64,000 nucleotides of DNA from an uncultured Solirubrobacterales bacterium (GTDB lineage Bacteria > Actinomycetota > Thermoleophilia > Solirubrobacterales > Solirubrobacteraceae): assembly GCA_963818795.1 (NCBI GenBank), contig CAWFTK010000002.1:504298-568297 (forward strand), in the 5' to 3' direction. Both the position numbers and the translations under genes were made by a program. Below the pieces are notes generated by a model. It saw nothing but the letters and a program-made list of their open reading frames with translations. It had not been told where the DNA came from and searched no databases. Shown piece by piece: positions 52,639 to 62,139 of the stretch (positions are counted from its first letter, which is position 1; each line of letters starts with the position of its first letter).

Positions 52639-53391
52639 TCAGTGAAAGTGGTGGTAGCCCAGCCACGAGCCGTACTGAGGGATCAGCGCCAGCGCTAGCA
52701 CAAGCCCTGCCACGAGCGCCGCGCTGAGCGATAGGACGCGCCCACCGCGGCCCGCTCCTACGGCTGAGTTCTCCAGCCGAGCCGCGGGCGTCGCGCTCGC
52801 GAAGATCGCTCCGCGCACCTTCCGGTCACTGCTGAGCGCGCGCTGGATCTCCGGCAGATGCCCGAGCACGTGGATCGCAGTGACCGCGATCCAGAGAATG
52901 AAGCTTACCTTGTGGACCAGCAGCAGCGAGCTCCGCGAGCTCGGGCCCAGCAACAGCAGCGCGACACCGCTGGCGAACACGACAAGCGTGCTCAGCACGA
53001 CCAGCGGGGCCAACATCCTGAGGACCGGCGCGGGGGCGCCCTTGCGCCGATAGCGCGGCTCGCGCGTGTAATAGCGCATGAATCGATAGCCAGTGCTGGC
53101 GAGCTTCAGCGCCACTGGTCCGATCAGCAGCAAGCCGACGAACAGGTGAACCCAAAGCAGCTGACCGATGCGCAGGATCGTCACGCCGAGCACCGCCAGC
53201 AGCACGATCAGAACGAGGCCCGTCAGGACGGTGAGTTGCTCGTTGCCATCGGTGCTACCGGCGCTCAGGCGCGCGATCCACGACCGCCGCGAGCCCGCCG
53301 TCGGGGGCGACCGGCGTCGCGGACCGGCGGATGCTGAGCCCACCCGCGGACGCGCGGAGCCGCGCGGGGGTGTGACCGGGGGGCTATCCAT
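52639..53391 (-). CDS. hypothetical 4-TM membrane protein with conserved-looking intramembrane histidines
   Basis: LLWVHLFVGLLLIGPVALK, LLLVHKVSFILWIAVTAIHVLGH. The family is not recognised. Confidence 0.5.
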   Translation of the reverse strand: MDSPPVTPPRGSARPRVGSASAGPRRRSPPTAGSRRSWIARLSAGSTDGNEQLTVLTGLVLIVLLAVLGVTILRIGQLLWVHLFVGLLLIGPVALKLASTGYRFMRYYTREPRYRRKGAPAPVLRMLAPLVVLSTLVVFASGVALLLLGPSSRSSLLLVHKVSFILWIAVTAIHVLGHLPEIQRALSSDRKVRGAIFASATPAARLENSAVGAGRGGRVLSLSAALVAGLVLALALIPQYGSWLGYHHFH

Positions 53392-53501
53392 CTAAGCGAG
53401 TGTCGGCTCGATCCTTAAGAACCCAATAATCGCTTGATGAGAAGCCTCTTGGACTTGCTCGAGGCGTGGCTCGCCCGTAGCGATGGTCCTATGCTGGGGC
53501 G

Positions 53502-54221
53502 ATGGCGCCTCCCGCGGAGCCGGCCCGTGAGCCGACGATGGCGCCGGCGATCCTCGTCATCGAGGACGAGCCGGGAATCGTCGACTTCGTGCGACGTGGC
53601 CTGGAGGCGGAGGGCTTTCAGGTTCAAGCCGAGCTGGATGGGGCCGAGGGCGAGCGGCGCGCGCTGCGCGAGAGCTTCGACGCGGTCGTGCTCGATCTGA
53701 TGCTTCCCAATCGCGGCGGTCTGGAGATACTGGCGTCGTTGCACGCCGCCAAGCCGAGCCTGCCGGTGATCGTGCTCACCGCGAAAGGCGACGTCGAGGA
53801 TCGCGTCGCGGGCCTCGACGCCGGCGCGGTCGACTATCTCGTCAAGCCGTTCTCGCTGGCCGAGCTGCTGGCGCGGGTGCGCGCTCAGCTGCGGGCCGCA
53901 ACCCAGCAGGGGGCGGCGACTGTGCTCAGTGGCGAGGACATCGAGGTCGACTTGCTCACACGCAAGGTGCAGCGTGCCGGCGTTCCCGTGCTGCTATCGA
54001 GCACCGAGTTCGAACTGCTCGTCTATCTGCTGCGCCATCAAGGCCGCGTGCTCTCACGCGAGCAGATCCTGAGTGCGGTTTGGGGCTACCAGCACGACCC
54101 GGCGACCAACATCGTGGATGTCTACGTCGGCTATCTGCGTCGCAAGCTGAGCCGGCCCGAGAGCCCCGCGCCAATCCACACTGTGCGCGCCGTCGGCTAT
54201 CGCCTCGGTCATGCCGGCTGA
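53502..54221 (+). CDS. OmpR-family response regulator
   Basis: Receiver domain (ILVIEDE, VVLDLMLP, VIVLTAK) plus winged-helix domain (LSSTEFELLVYLL...VYVGYLRRKL...TVRAVGYRL). Confidence 0.9.
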   Translation: MAPPAEPAREPTMAPAILVIEDEPGIVDFVRRGLEAEGFQVQAELDGAEGERRALRESFDAVVLDLMLPNRGGLEILASLHAAKPSLPVIVLTAKGDVEDRVAGLDAGAVDYLVKPFSLAELLARVRAQLRAATQQGAATVLSGEDIEVDLLTRKVQRAGVPVLLSSTEFELLVYLLRHQGRVLSREQILSAVWGYQHDPATNIVDVYVGYLRRKLSRPESPAPIHTVRAVGYRLGHAG

Positions 54222-55809
54222 CCGCGCTGGGATGCCCGTCGCTCGCCGGACCAGGGTCGATCGCGCGCCGCGCGGCCTGCGACTGCCGCCCGGACTGCGC
54301 TGGCGGCTGGCGGCCTGGGTCGCGCTGGTCGTGCTGCTCTCCTCCGCGATCACCTTCGTCGTGGTCTATCGCGGAACCGGTACACAGCTGCGCACGCAGA
54401 TTGACCAGGAGATCCAGGGCGACGCGGGCGAGCTTGCGCAGGCGCTGAAGACCGCGGGCGTGCGTACACCAGCCGGGCTCGCCGCCGCCGCCGAGCGCTA
54501 CATCCGTGGCCAGCCGTTTAGTGCCAGCTCGACCCTGCTGTTCGTGCAGGTTCCTGGCGCCGGCACCAGCACGAACCGGCCCGAGCTATTCGGCGATTTC
54601 AGGCCTGACAATGGCGAGAGCGCCACCGAGCAGGCCCAGGAGAACCGCCTCTCGCAAGGCTTGCTGAGGGCCCTCCCAGGCCATTCGACGCTCGACCTGC
54701 CCGATATCGGCGACCTGCGACTGCTCAAGCAGGTCGTCCGAATTCCGGGCAGTGGGCGCGCTCGAGTCGGTAAACGGGTGACGGTTGGTGTGGGGGAGCC
54801 GCTGGCGAGCGTCGCGCATGCACAGCGCGGTGTCGCACGGGCGTTCATCCTGGCCGGCTTCCTCACGCTGCTCGGCGCGCTACTCGGCTCGCTGCTGATC
54901 GGCACGCGCGTCTCACGTCCGCTGCGGCGGATGGCGGCGGTCGCCGCGCAGGTCGACGCCGGCGATCTGCACCCACGCATCCACGACGTCGGCCGCGAGG
55001 GCGAGGAGGTGCGGGTGCTCGCCGATGCCTTCAACCACATGCTCGACCGTCTCACCGACGCCTTCGCCGGCCAGCGCGCGTTCGTAGCGGACGCCTCGCA
55101 CGAGCTGCGAACGCCGCTGACCGTAATCCGTGGTCAGCTCGAAGTACTCGCCACCCAAGCGCATCCACAGGCGGCCGAGGTACGCCGCGTCGAGCGCCTC
55201 GTGCAGGCCGAGGTGGCGCGCATCACGAGGCTCGTCGACGACTTGCTGCTGCTCGCCAAGAGCGAGCAGACCCAGTTCCTGCGACTCGAGCCGATCGAGC
55301 TCGAGCGCTTCGTGGGAGAGCTCTGGGATGGCATGACCCTCTTAGGCCAGGAGCGCCGCTTCGAGCTCGGCGACGTGCCGCGCGGGACGTTGATCGCCGA
55401 CCCCGATCGCCTCGCGCAGACGCTGCGCAATCTCGTTGGCAACGCGATCGAGCATACGATGCCGCCGAGCGGCCTCGTGCGCCTGGACGTCGAGAACAGC
55501 CCGGGCGGTCGGCTGCGTTTCACCATGCAAGACGACGGAGCCGGCATTCCACCTGACCAGCGCGAGCGGATCTTCGACCGCTTTTATCGCACCGACGCGG
55601 CGCGGGACCGCGCCTCGGGAGGGACGGGTCTCGGTCTCGCGATCGTCCGCGCGATCGTCGAGGCGCACGGCGGGCGGGTGCATGCCGGAGCGAGCTTCGG
55701 TGGCGGCGCACGCATCGATCTCGAACTGCCTCGATTCACTCCATCCGCCAGCGACACCGCCGCCGGGCCGAGCCTGGCGCGCACCTCGATCCGCGCCGCC
55801 GACCGTTAA
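54211..55809 (+). CDS. sensor histidine kinase (2 TM, HAMP, HisKA, HATPase_c)
   Basis: H-box SHELRTPLT, N-box NLVGNAIEHT, G-boxes DDGAGI and GGTGLGLAIV. The start overlaps the regulator stop. Confidence 0.9.
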   Translation: MPADRAGMPVARRTRVDRAPRGLRLPPGLRWRLAAWVALVVLLSSAITFVVVYRGTGTQLRTQIDQEIQGDAGELAQALKTAGVRTPAGLAAAAERYIRGQPFSASSTLLFVQVPGAGTSTNRPELFGDFRPDNGESATEQAQENRLSQGLLRALPGHSTLDLPDIGDLRLLKQVVRIPGSGRARVGKRVTVGVGEPLASVAHAQRGVARAFILAGFLTLLGALLGSLLIGTRVSRPLRRMAAVAAQVDAGDLHPRIHDVGREGEEVRVLADAFNHMLDRLTDAFAGQRAFVADASHELRTPLTVIRGQLEVLATQAHPQAAEVRRVERLVQAEVARITRLVDDLLLLAKSEQTQFLRLEPIELERFVGELWDGMTLLGQERRFELGDVPRGTLIADPDRLAQTLRNLVGNAIEHTMPPSGLVRLDVENSPGGRLRFTMQDDGAGIPPDQRERIFDRFYRTDAARDRASGGTGLGLAIVRAIVEAHGGRVHAGASFGGGARIDLELPRFTPSASDTAAGPSLARTSIRAADR

Positions 55810-56831
55810 TGCCTGCGGGCCTCGCCCTAGTGCTGCTCGGGCTCTCGCTCGCGGTAACGCTCGGCGCAGCACGCACATTCGCGCGGCGCCTGGACCGGCT
55901 CGGCGTCGCCTTCGGACTCCCGGAGGCACTGCTCGGCTTGCTCACGGCCCTCGCGGCCGACGGACCCGAGCTCTCCTCGGCGCTGGTCGCACTCGCCAAG
56001 GGCGATCACGGCGTGAGCGTCGGGGTGGTCCTCGGCGCCAGCACGTTGAATCTCGCGACGATGATCGGGGTGAGCGCGCTGCTGACGGGCGCCGTCGTGC
56101 TGAGCCGCTCCACGCTCGCGCTCGAGGGCGCGATGGGGCTGGCCGCGACGCTGCTTGCGGGCGCGGTGCTGTTGGGCGCACTCGCCCCGATCGTCGGAGT
56201 GCTGCTGCTGGCGTGCTTTGCGATCCCATACCTACTCGTGCTGATCGACGGCTCGCCATTCGTCGAGCGCCTACCCCTGCCTGCCAGCACGCGCGCGGCG
56301 TTGGTCTCGATCTTGAGCGAACGAGCTGCGGCTCATGCGCCGGACGCAAGCGAGAACGATGTCCCGAGCACAGCAGCGGCGGTCCATCCGCACCACGCAC
56401 TTTGGGTCGTCTGTGACATAGCGCTGATCGTCGCCGGCAGCTTTGGCATGGTGCAGGCCGCCGTCAGCCTCGGCGGACACTGGGGCGTCTCGGGTGCGCT
56501 CGTCGGGGTGCTCGTGCTCGGTCCGCTGACAAGCCTGCCCAATGCCTTCACCGGCGTGCGGCTAGGACTCGCGCGGCGCGGGGCCGCGCTGGTCAGTGAG
56601 ACCCTCAACAGCAACACGATCAACCTCGCCGGCGGCGCCATGCTGCCGGCGCTGTTCCTGGCCGTCGGGAGCTCCTCGACCATCGGGCGCGTGGATCTCG
56701 CGTGGCTGCTCGGCATGACGTGTATCTGCCTGTTGTGCCTCGCGCGGCACCGCGGCGCCGGGCGCGGCGCCGGCGCCATACTAGTGCTGCTCTACGTTGG
56801 TTTCGTCGTCCTGCAGCTGACCGGCATCTAG
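55809..56831 (+). CDS. CaCA-family cation/Ca2+ exchanger membrane protein
   Basis: Alpha-repeat-like GLLTALAADGPELSSAL and VSETLNSNTINLAGG. The ATG overlaps the kinase stop (TAATG). Confidence 0.8.
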   Translation: MPAGLALVLLGLSLAVTLGAARTFARRLDRLGVAFGLPEALLGLLTALAADGPELSSALVALAKGDHGVSVGVVLGASTLNLATMIGVSALLTGAVVLSRSTLALEGAMGLAATLLAGAVLLGALAPIVGVLLLACFAIPYLLVLIDGSPFVERLPLPASTRAALVSILSERAAAHAPDASENDVPSTAAAVHPHHALWVVCDIALIVAGSFGMVQAAVSLGGHWGVSGALVGVLVLGPLTSLPNAFTGVRLGLARRGAALVSETLNSNTINLAGGAMLPALFLAVGSSSTIGRVDLAWLLGMTCICLLCLARHRGAGRGAGAILVLLYVGFVVLQLTGI

Positions 56832-56912
56832 GCGCGCGCCAATTAAGATTAGGTTGTCTTGCCGCGACAGCGCTCCATCGAGTGATCCTCGTTGTTGTCG
56901 ATATCTACAGGC

Positions 56913-58637
56913 ATGCCGCAGACGCCGCAAAGCGACCGCCGTACATTCATCAAGCAGGGCCTACTCGCCGCCGGCGGCCTCGTGCTCGGAGCCGCGGGTA
57001 GCGCAAATGCCCCTGCTTACGCGGCACGCGCGCCTAAGCACGCCGCGCATCGTCGCGCCAAGCACGCTCGCCAGGGGCCGCCGAACATCCTCGTGATCCT
57101 CGTCGATCAGTTGCGAACGCCAGTGTGGATGCCGCTGGGCGCCTCGCCGTCCACGCTGATGCCGAATCTGGCAGCGCTGCGCAACGGCGCCGTCAACTTC
57201 GAACGCCACTACACCGCCGCCAACGACTGCTCGCCCTCACGTGGCACGCTGCTCACGGGCCTCTACTCCCACCAAACCGGCTGCCTGATCACCGGCGACA
57301 GCCTGCTGGACCCCGGTTTTCCGACCTGGGGCACACTGCTGCGCGAGCGCGGCTATCAGACGAGCTGGTGGGGCAAGTGGCACCTGAACCCCGACCCCAA
57401 CGCGTCGCTCGAGCAATACGGGTTCTCGGGCGGCACCTATCCCTCGCCCAACGGCGCGCCCGGGCAGGGCACCACGGTCGACCCCGAAATCGCCGCGCAA
57501 TTCGCCGAATGGTTCCGCGAAGCCGGGGGGGACGGGCCGTGGTGCACGACGGTCTCCTTCGTCAACCCCCACGACATCGCCTGGTGGTATCGCTTCACCG
57601 AGAAAGTGCCCCCGGAGAGCGCGCCGCCGGCGCTCGCGAGCCAGCTGCCGGCGAACTTCGAGACTCCCGAAGCGCTCGAAGCTCAGCGCAAGCCGCGCCT
57701 GCAGCGCTCGCTCCAGGACACCGCCGACCGCTCATTCGGGAAGGTGCCTTTCAGTGGACCGGAAGCGCTGTCGATGTGGACCGGCTTGATGGACACCTAC
57801 CTGATGCTCCAGGGCTACGTCGATGCGCAGATCGGCAAGGTGCTCCAAACGCTCGCCTCCCAGCCCGCGGTGCGCGAGAACACCGTCGTGCTCTTCACCT
57901 CCGATCACGGCGAGTACGGCGGCTCGCACGGGATGCGCGGCAAGGGCGCCTCGGCCTACGAGGAGGCGATTCACGTGCCGCTCTCGGTGCGCGACTTCCG
58001 CCCCGCGCACGCCGCGGCGACAGCCGCGAGCAGAGTGCCGCGCACCCAGCTGAGCTCCTCGGTCGACGTCGTCGGACTGCTGCTCAGCCTTGCGACCGGC
58101 TCCGAGGCGTGGCGGCGCGAACGCCGCTACGAACATCTCGCCAAGCGCCAGGATCTCGCCGCGATCTGCGCGCATCCCTCCGCGCCGGGGCGCCCGTGGA
58201 TCGTGCACGCGACCGACGAGGACGTCACCGAGTTCGCGACCGAACCGTACGCCGCCGAAGCGCCGCGGCATGTCGTCGCCTTGCGCAGTCCACGCGGCAA
58301 GCTTGCCCTCTACTCCAACTGGCAGCCCGAAACGACCCACCAGGAAGTCGCCGGTCAGGAACTCGAGCTCTATGACTACAGCCAGCCGTCCGGTCGCGCG
58401 GAGGTGCTCAACAGCGCCGGTGTGCAGACCGAACTCGAAGAGGAGCTATGGGAGGTGCTGGAAACGGAGGTTCTCACGGGAGAGCTGCGCGCGCCGCTGC
58501 CCTCCGGGCTACACGCCGCTCAACGCCGCGGGATCGCCAACTACGAAGACGTCGAGGAGTTCGAGAACCTCAAGGTCTACGCGACGCACCAGCTCCAGAA
58601 TCCTGCCGCGTCCGAACCGCAAGTGATGCCCGACTAG
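56913..58637 (+). CDS. Tat-exported sulfatase (formylglycine type)
   Basis: Twin-arginine SDRRTFIKQG signal. NILVILVDQLR and CSPSRGTLLTG (CxPxR) active-site motif. Confidence 0.9.
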   Translation: MPQTPQSDRRTFIKQGLLAAGGLVLGAAGSANAPAYAARAPKHAAHRRAKHARQGPPNILVILVDQLRTPVWMPLGASPSTLMPNLAALRNGAVNFERHYTAANDCSPSRGTLLTGLYSHQTGCLITGDSLLDPGFPTWGTLLRERGYQTSWWGKWHLNPDPNASLEQYGFSGGTYPSPNGAPGQGTTVDPEIAAQFAEWFREAGGDGPWCTTVSFVNPHDIAWWYRFTEKVPPESAPPALASQLPANFETPEALEAQRKPRLQRSLQDTADRSFGKVPFSGPEALSMWTGLMDTYLMLQGYVDAQIGKVLQTLASQPAVRENTVVLFTSDHGEYGGSHGMRGKGASAYEEAIHVPLSVRDFRPAHAAATAASRVPRTQLSSSVDVVGLLLSLATGSEAWRRERRYEHLAKRQDLAAICAHPSAPGRPWIVHATDEDVTEFATEPYAAEAPRHVVALRSPRGKLALYSNWQPETTHQEVAGQELELYDYSQPSGRAEVLNSAGVQTELEEELWEVLETEVLTGELRAPLPSGLHAAQRRGIANYEDVEEFENLKVYATHQLQNPAASEPQVMPD

Positions 58638-59987
58638 TTGGCGGACACCTTCACCAAGACGGTGGAGTCCGCCGGTACGCTCGCCGCGATCGTGCCAGGC
58701 GAGCCCACGCTTGACACCGCACCCGTCCAGACGTTGCGGATCAGGTAGCTGCCCGCCGCTGGCATCCCGACCGCGCTCGTCGTGGTCGCGATCCGAATTG
58801 TGCCCGAGCCGCGGTTGAGCAGCGCGACGGCGCGCGTGCCGGTGGCCAGCGGCTTGACCCAGACTTGTGCGTTGCCGCTGGCGGTGAGCAGACGCGCCTG
58901 CAGGCCGGCGGGATCCTGATCGATCGCGATCACTTCGCGGTTGGAGACCGTCGTCTGGCTGGCGCTTGAGAGCGAGATCAGGTCGTCGCTGACCATTAGC
59001 GGCGCGGCGAGCATCGCCCACATGCTGAATTGGCTGCGGAACTGCGCTGCGGACATCCCCTGATCGGGAGCGAGATAGTCCGGATCGTTCCAGTGGCCTG
59101 GGCCGGCCGCTTCGGGCTGCGCGGCGTCGGCATCGAGGTTGCGCAGTACCGAGCCGAATTCGATGTCTCCGGGAACCCCGACGTCGGTATCAGTGCGCCA
59201 GCTGTTGCCGCTGGTTGGACCGAAGGTGTAGGAGGAGAAGCTCGAGTTCTGCAGGCTCGGTACTTCGGTCGCGAACTGGCCCGGCTGCAGGTAGTCGCAG
59301 ATCGACAGCAGCATCGGACGATGGCTGGAGTTGTGCAGGATCGCTTCGTGGAACGCCGCGTATGCGCCCGCGGGTTCAAGACCCTGGCGTACGCCGCCGC
59401 AGAAGTCGACCTTGACCGCGTCAAAGCCCCACGCGGCAAACGTGTTGGCGTCCTGTTGATAGTGCCCATAGCTGCCCTGGTGCGCGCCGCCGCAGCCTTC
59501 GCTGCCGGCGTCCGTGTAGAGACCCGACTTTCAACCCCGCGGCGTGCAGCGTGCTCGTCAACCATTTCATCCCGTGTGGCCACTGCGTCGCGCTGACGGT
59601 GATTTCGCCGGCCGCGTTACGCGTCCCCTGCCACCAGCCGACGTCCAGCCACACGTAGCGATAGCCCTCGCGCGCGAGGCCCCGGGTTACTAGTTGGCTG
59701 GCCTGGGCTAGGACCGAGGCCTCGTTGAAGTGCGCGCCGAAAGTGAAGTACGTATCCCAACCCATATACGGCGTCGGCGCGAGCACCCCGGCGGGAGCTG
59801 TCGCGGATCGGCGAGCCCCAGCGCCCGCTTTATACCCGTGCGCGGAGGGGTGGTGACCTGTTCCGTTTGTGCGGCCCGCCGCGCGCGCGTGCGCGGGCGC
59901 GGCGGGGAGCGCCAGCAAGAGCAGCGCGAGGAGACCGGGCAGCAGGCGCCGCCAGGTCGGATGCGCCTGCTCACGGACGACGCTCAC
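58634..59987 (-). pseudogene. GH27 alpha-galactosidase with signal peptide, split by a 1-nt frame disruption near 59522. Segments: 59987..about 59523 and about 59521..58634.
   Basis: The N-terminal part has TPYMGWDTYFTFG...GYRYVWLDVGWW...WPHGMKWLTSTLHAAGLKVG. The other frame continues LYTDAGSEGCGG...AAWGFDAVKVDFCGG...MLLSICDY...AMLAAPLMVSDDL...VIAIDQD. Confidence 0.8.
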
Positions 59988-62038
59988 CGCTTACCGCGGG
60001 TGGCGCTCTTGCCGTGCGAGGCCTTGCGCGAGGAGGCTCTACCGGCGAGCGAGAGCGTCACGGTCGTGCTCTTCAGCGACGCGCTGATCGCCCCGACGAC
60101 GGTGCCGCTCACCGACAGCTTGACCGGCAGGCGCCGCATCCGCGCTAGCAGTCGCTTGCCGGCGGCGTTCAGAGCGACCGCCACGGTGGCCTGCTGGCCC
60201 GGTTTCAGCCGCACCGTTCTGGCCCCCACGGTCACCGTCACGCGACGCGTCTGCGCGGCGACTGCTACGACGCGGGCGCCGTGCAGCGTCTCGAGCACGC
60301 TCAGGCGTAGCTTCAGCGTGCAGCTGCCGGCGGCCTGCGCTGAGCATTGCAGCGGCACGCTGACCGCGTTGCGACCCGCGCGCGGCGCGCCGACCGTCGT
60401 CTCGGAGATCGTGCCGAGTCCGCCCGCGGGCACTGTCACGAACGCGCTCGTCGCGCTCCTGGTGCCTTCGGCCGTCGTCGCGCTCACGCGGCACTGCAGA
60501 TGGTGCGAGACGTCGGCGCTGCTCACGGCATAAGTCGAGGTACCGGCGCCAGCGATCGCCTTGGTGTCGCGCAACCACGCGTAGGCGAGAGTCAGGCCAG
60601 TTGTTGCGGTGACACCCGATTTGCACGTCAGGCGCTGGCCGGGTGCCGGCGTGCCGCTGATCGAGGGGTGTGGTTCGACGACGTTCGGCGCCAGCGTCTT
60701 GAACGTCTGATCGGCGCCATCGCTGGCGCCGCTCGCAGTGATTGCAACCAGCCGGTAGTGGTAGGTCGTGTTCGCGGCCAGGTTGGCCGCGATGGCGCTC
60801 ACGGGTGCCGCCGTGCTGCCAATTGGTGAGCTCGCACAGGGCACGCTGGTTTCGTAGATGGCGCTCGTGCCGTATTCAAAGCGGCAGATGCTCAGCGCGG
60901 CGTCGTTGGGGTTCACCGTGCCGGTGAGCAACGCGCTCGTATGCGCGACTTCGCCCGCGGGCGCGGTACTTGCGAGGGGCGCGGGCACCTCGGCGGTGAA
61001 CACACGCCCGTTCGCGTCGACCGCCGCGCAGAACCCTTCAGAGGTGCAGGAGACCCCCGTGAGGGCTTTGGGTGGATCGACCCCACTCAAGACCCAAGCC
61101 GGCGGCGCGACCGTCGGGTTATCGCTGGCCAAGGCGTAGCCCGTGCCATCGACGGCGACGCACAGGCCGGTCGCTGCGCAGGACACCGCGCCGGGTTCAC
61201 CGAAGGTGTCCAGTGCGGTCGAGCTCCACGTTGCTCCCGATCCCGGCGCGCTGCCGGAGCCGATTGCGGCGGTGGTGTCTGAGCTCGCGAACACGCTGCC
61301 GGCCCTGTCAAGCGCTACGCACGATTCGGCGACGAAGCACGAGATCGCATCGAGGCCAAGCGCGGGTTCGGTTAGCGGATCGATCAGACGCTTGTGCCAG
61401 TCCTCGGCGCCGCCCGTCGGTTTGGTGCTGAGCACCGCGTGCCCTTCGCCGTCAACCGCGACGCAGAGCGCGCTCGAGGAACAGGAGATCGAGACGAGCG
61501 ACGTCGCGATTGCGACCGGCGCCGACCACGCGCTCGATATCGCGACCGTGGGGCTCGTGCTGAAGAGCTCATGACCTTCGCGGTCGACGGCGACGCAGAA
61601 CACGTTCGAGGCGCACGACACCGACGTGAGCGGCGTTGTGCCGTCGATCGTGACCGGCGACCACGATCCCGGGCCCGCGGAGGGATCGCGGGTGATGAGC
61701 GCTCGCCCTTCAGCGTCGACGGCGACACACAGCGCGCTAGAGGGACAAGAGACCGAGCTCAGCGCGGTCCCGTTGTCGATTGCGAACGCCGACCACGACC
61801 ACGCTGGGCTGCCCGCCGAGCGGGCGCCGGTCACGGCCCGTCCCGCGTCGTCGACCGCTACGCACCGCGTGGTCGAGGGGCACGAGATCCCGCTCAGCTC
61901 GTGGCCACCGTCGACTGCCGCCGGCCCCGACCAGGTCAGCGAGGGCGCGGCCGCGGCCGGCGAGGCGGCCAGGCAGCCGGCGCAGACGAGTAGCGCCAGC
62001 GCGGCACGCAGAGTCGCATATGGAGATGGGGGGAGCAC
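59984..62038 (-). CDS. secreted multi-domain protein: seven Cys-pair repeats (propeller-like), then FN3-like and Ig-like modules and a basic tail
   Basis: The probable GTG at 62038 gives a signal peptide LRAALALLVCAGCLAASPAAAAP. Seven W...SC(x5-6)C(V/A)A(V/L)D..G units follow. The stop overlaps the GH27 start (GTGA). Confidence 0.7.
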   Translation of the reverse strand: MLPPSPYATLRAALALLVCAGCLAASPAAAAPSLTWSGPAAVDGGHELSGISCPSTTRCVAVDDAGRAVTGARSAGSPAWSWSAFAIDNGTALSSVSCPSSALCVAVDAEGRALITRDPSAGPGSWSPVTIDGTTPLTSVSCASNVFCVAVDREGHELFSTSPTVAISSAWSAPVAIATSLVSISCSSSALCVAVDGEGHAVLSTKPTGGAEDWHKRLIDPLTEPALGLDAISCFVAESCVALDRAGSVFASSDTTAAIGSGSAPGSGATWSSTALDTFGEPGAVSCAATGLCVAVDGTGYALASDNPTVAPPAWVLSGVDPPKALTGVSCTSEGFCAAVDANGRVFTAEVPAPLASTAPAGEVAHTSALLTGTVNPNDAALSICRFEYGTSAIYETSVPCASSPIGSTAAPVSAIAANLAANTTYHYRLVAITASGASDGADQTFKTLAPNVVEPHPSISGTPAPGQRLTCKSGVTATTGLTLAYAWLRDTKAIAGAGTSTYAVSSADVSHHLQCRVSATTAEGTRSATSAFVTVPAGGLGTISETTVGAPRAGRNAVSVPLQCSAQAAGSCTLKLRLSVLETLHGARVVAVAAQTRRVTVTVGARTVRLKPGQQATVAVALNAAGKRLLARMRRLPVKLSVSGTVVGAISASLKSTTVTLSLAGRASSRKASHGKSATRGKR
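60986..61933 (-). repeat. seven tandem 42-57-aa coding repeats with consensus W-x(10-18)-(V/I)SC-x(5-6)-C-V-A-V-D-x2-G
   Basis: ISCPSTTRCVAVDDAG, VSCPSSALCVAVDAEG, VSCASNVFCVAVDREG, ISCSSSALCVAVDGEG, ISCFVAESCVALDRAG, VSCAATGLCVAVDGTG, VSCTSEGFCAAVDANG. Confidence 0.8.
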
Positions 62039-62108
62039 GCTTTGATGCAACACGGACGACGGCCGACTGTTGCGCACCGCGGTGAGAGATTGCCCGCGGA
62101 GACGCCTT

Positions 62109-62124
62109 GCAGACGATCGTCTGC
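62109..62124. promoter_or_regulatory. perfect 16-bp palindrome, candidate IclR operator in the divergent promoter region
   Basis: GCAGACGATCGTCTGC, 15 nt upstream of the iclR ATG (62140) and 70 nt upstream of the propeller-protein GTG (62038). Confidence 0.45.
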
Positions 62125-62139
62125 TATTTAATGCCGGCG

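Noticed and set aside
52477-52698. 73-aa plus-strand ORF containing a strong AAAGGAGG motif (52538-52545).
   Set aside because: The SD-like motif directly abuts the only nearby GTG, leaving no spacing. The ORF runs antisense into the 52639-53391 membrane protein gene. The motif is more likely a chance occurrence within the promoter region of the minus-strand operon.
59875-59906. Another CCCGCCGCGC...GCGCGGCGGG inverted repeat resembling the palindromic element.
   Set aside because: It lies inside the coding sequence for the GH27 signal peptide (LPAAPAHARAAG), has a shorter stem and lacks the a/t flanks. It is most likely a coincidence of Ala/Arg/Pro codons.
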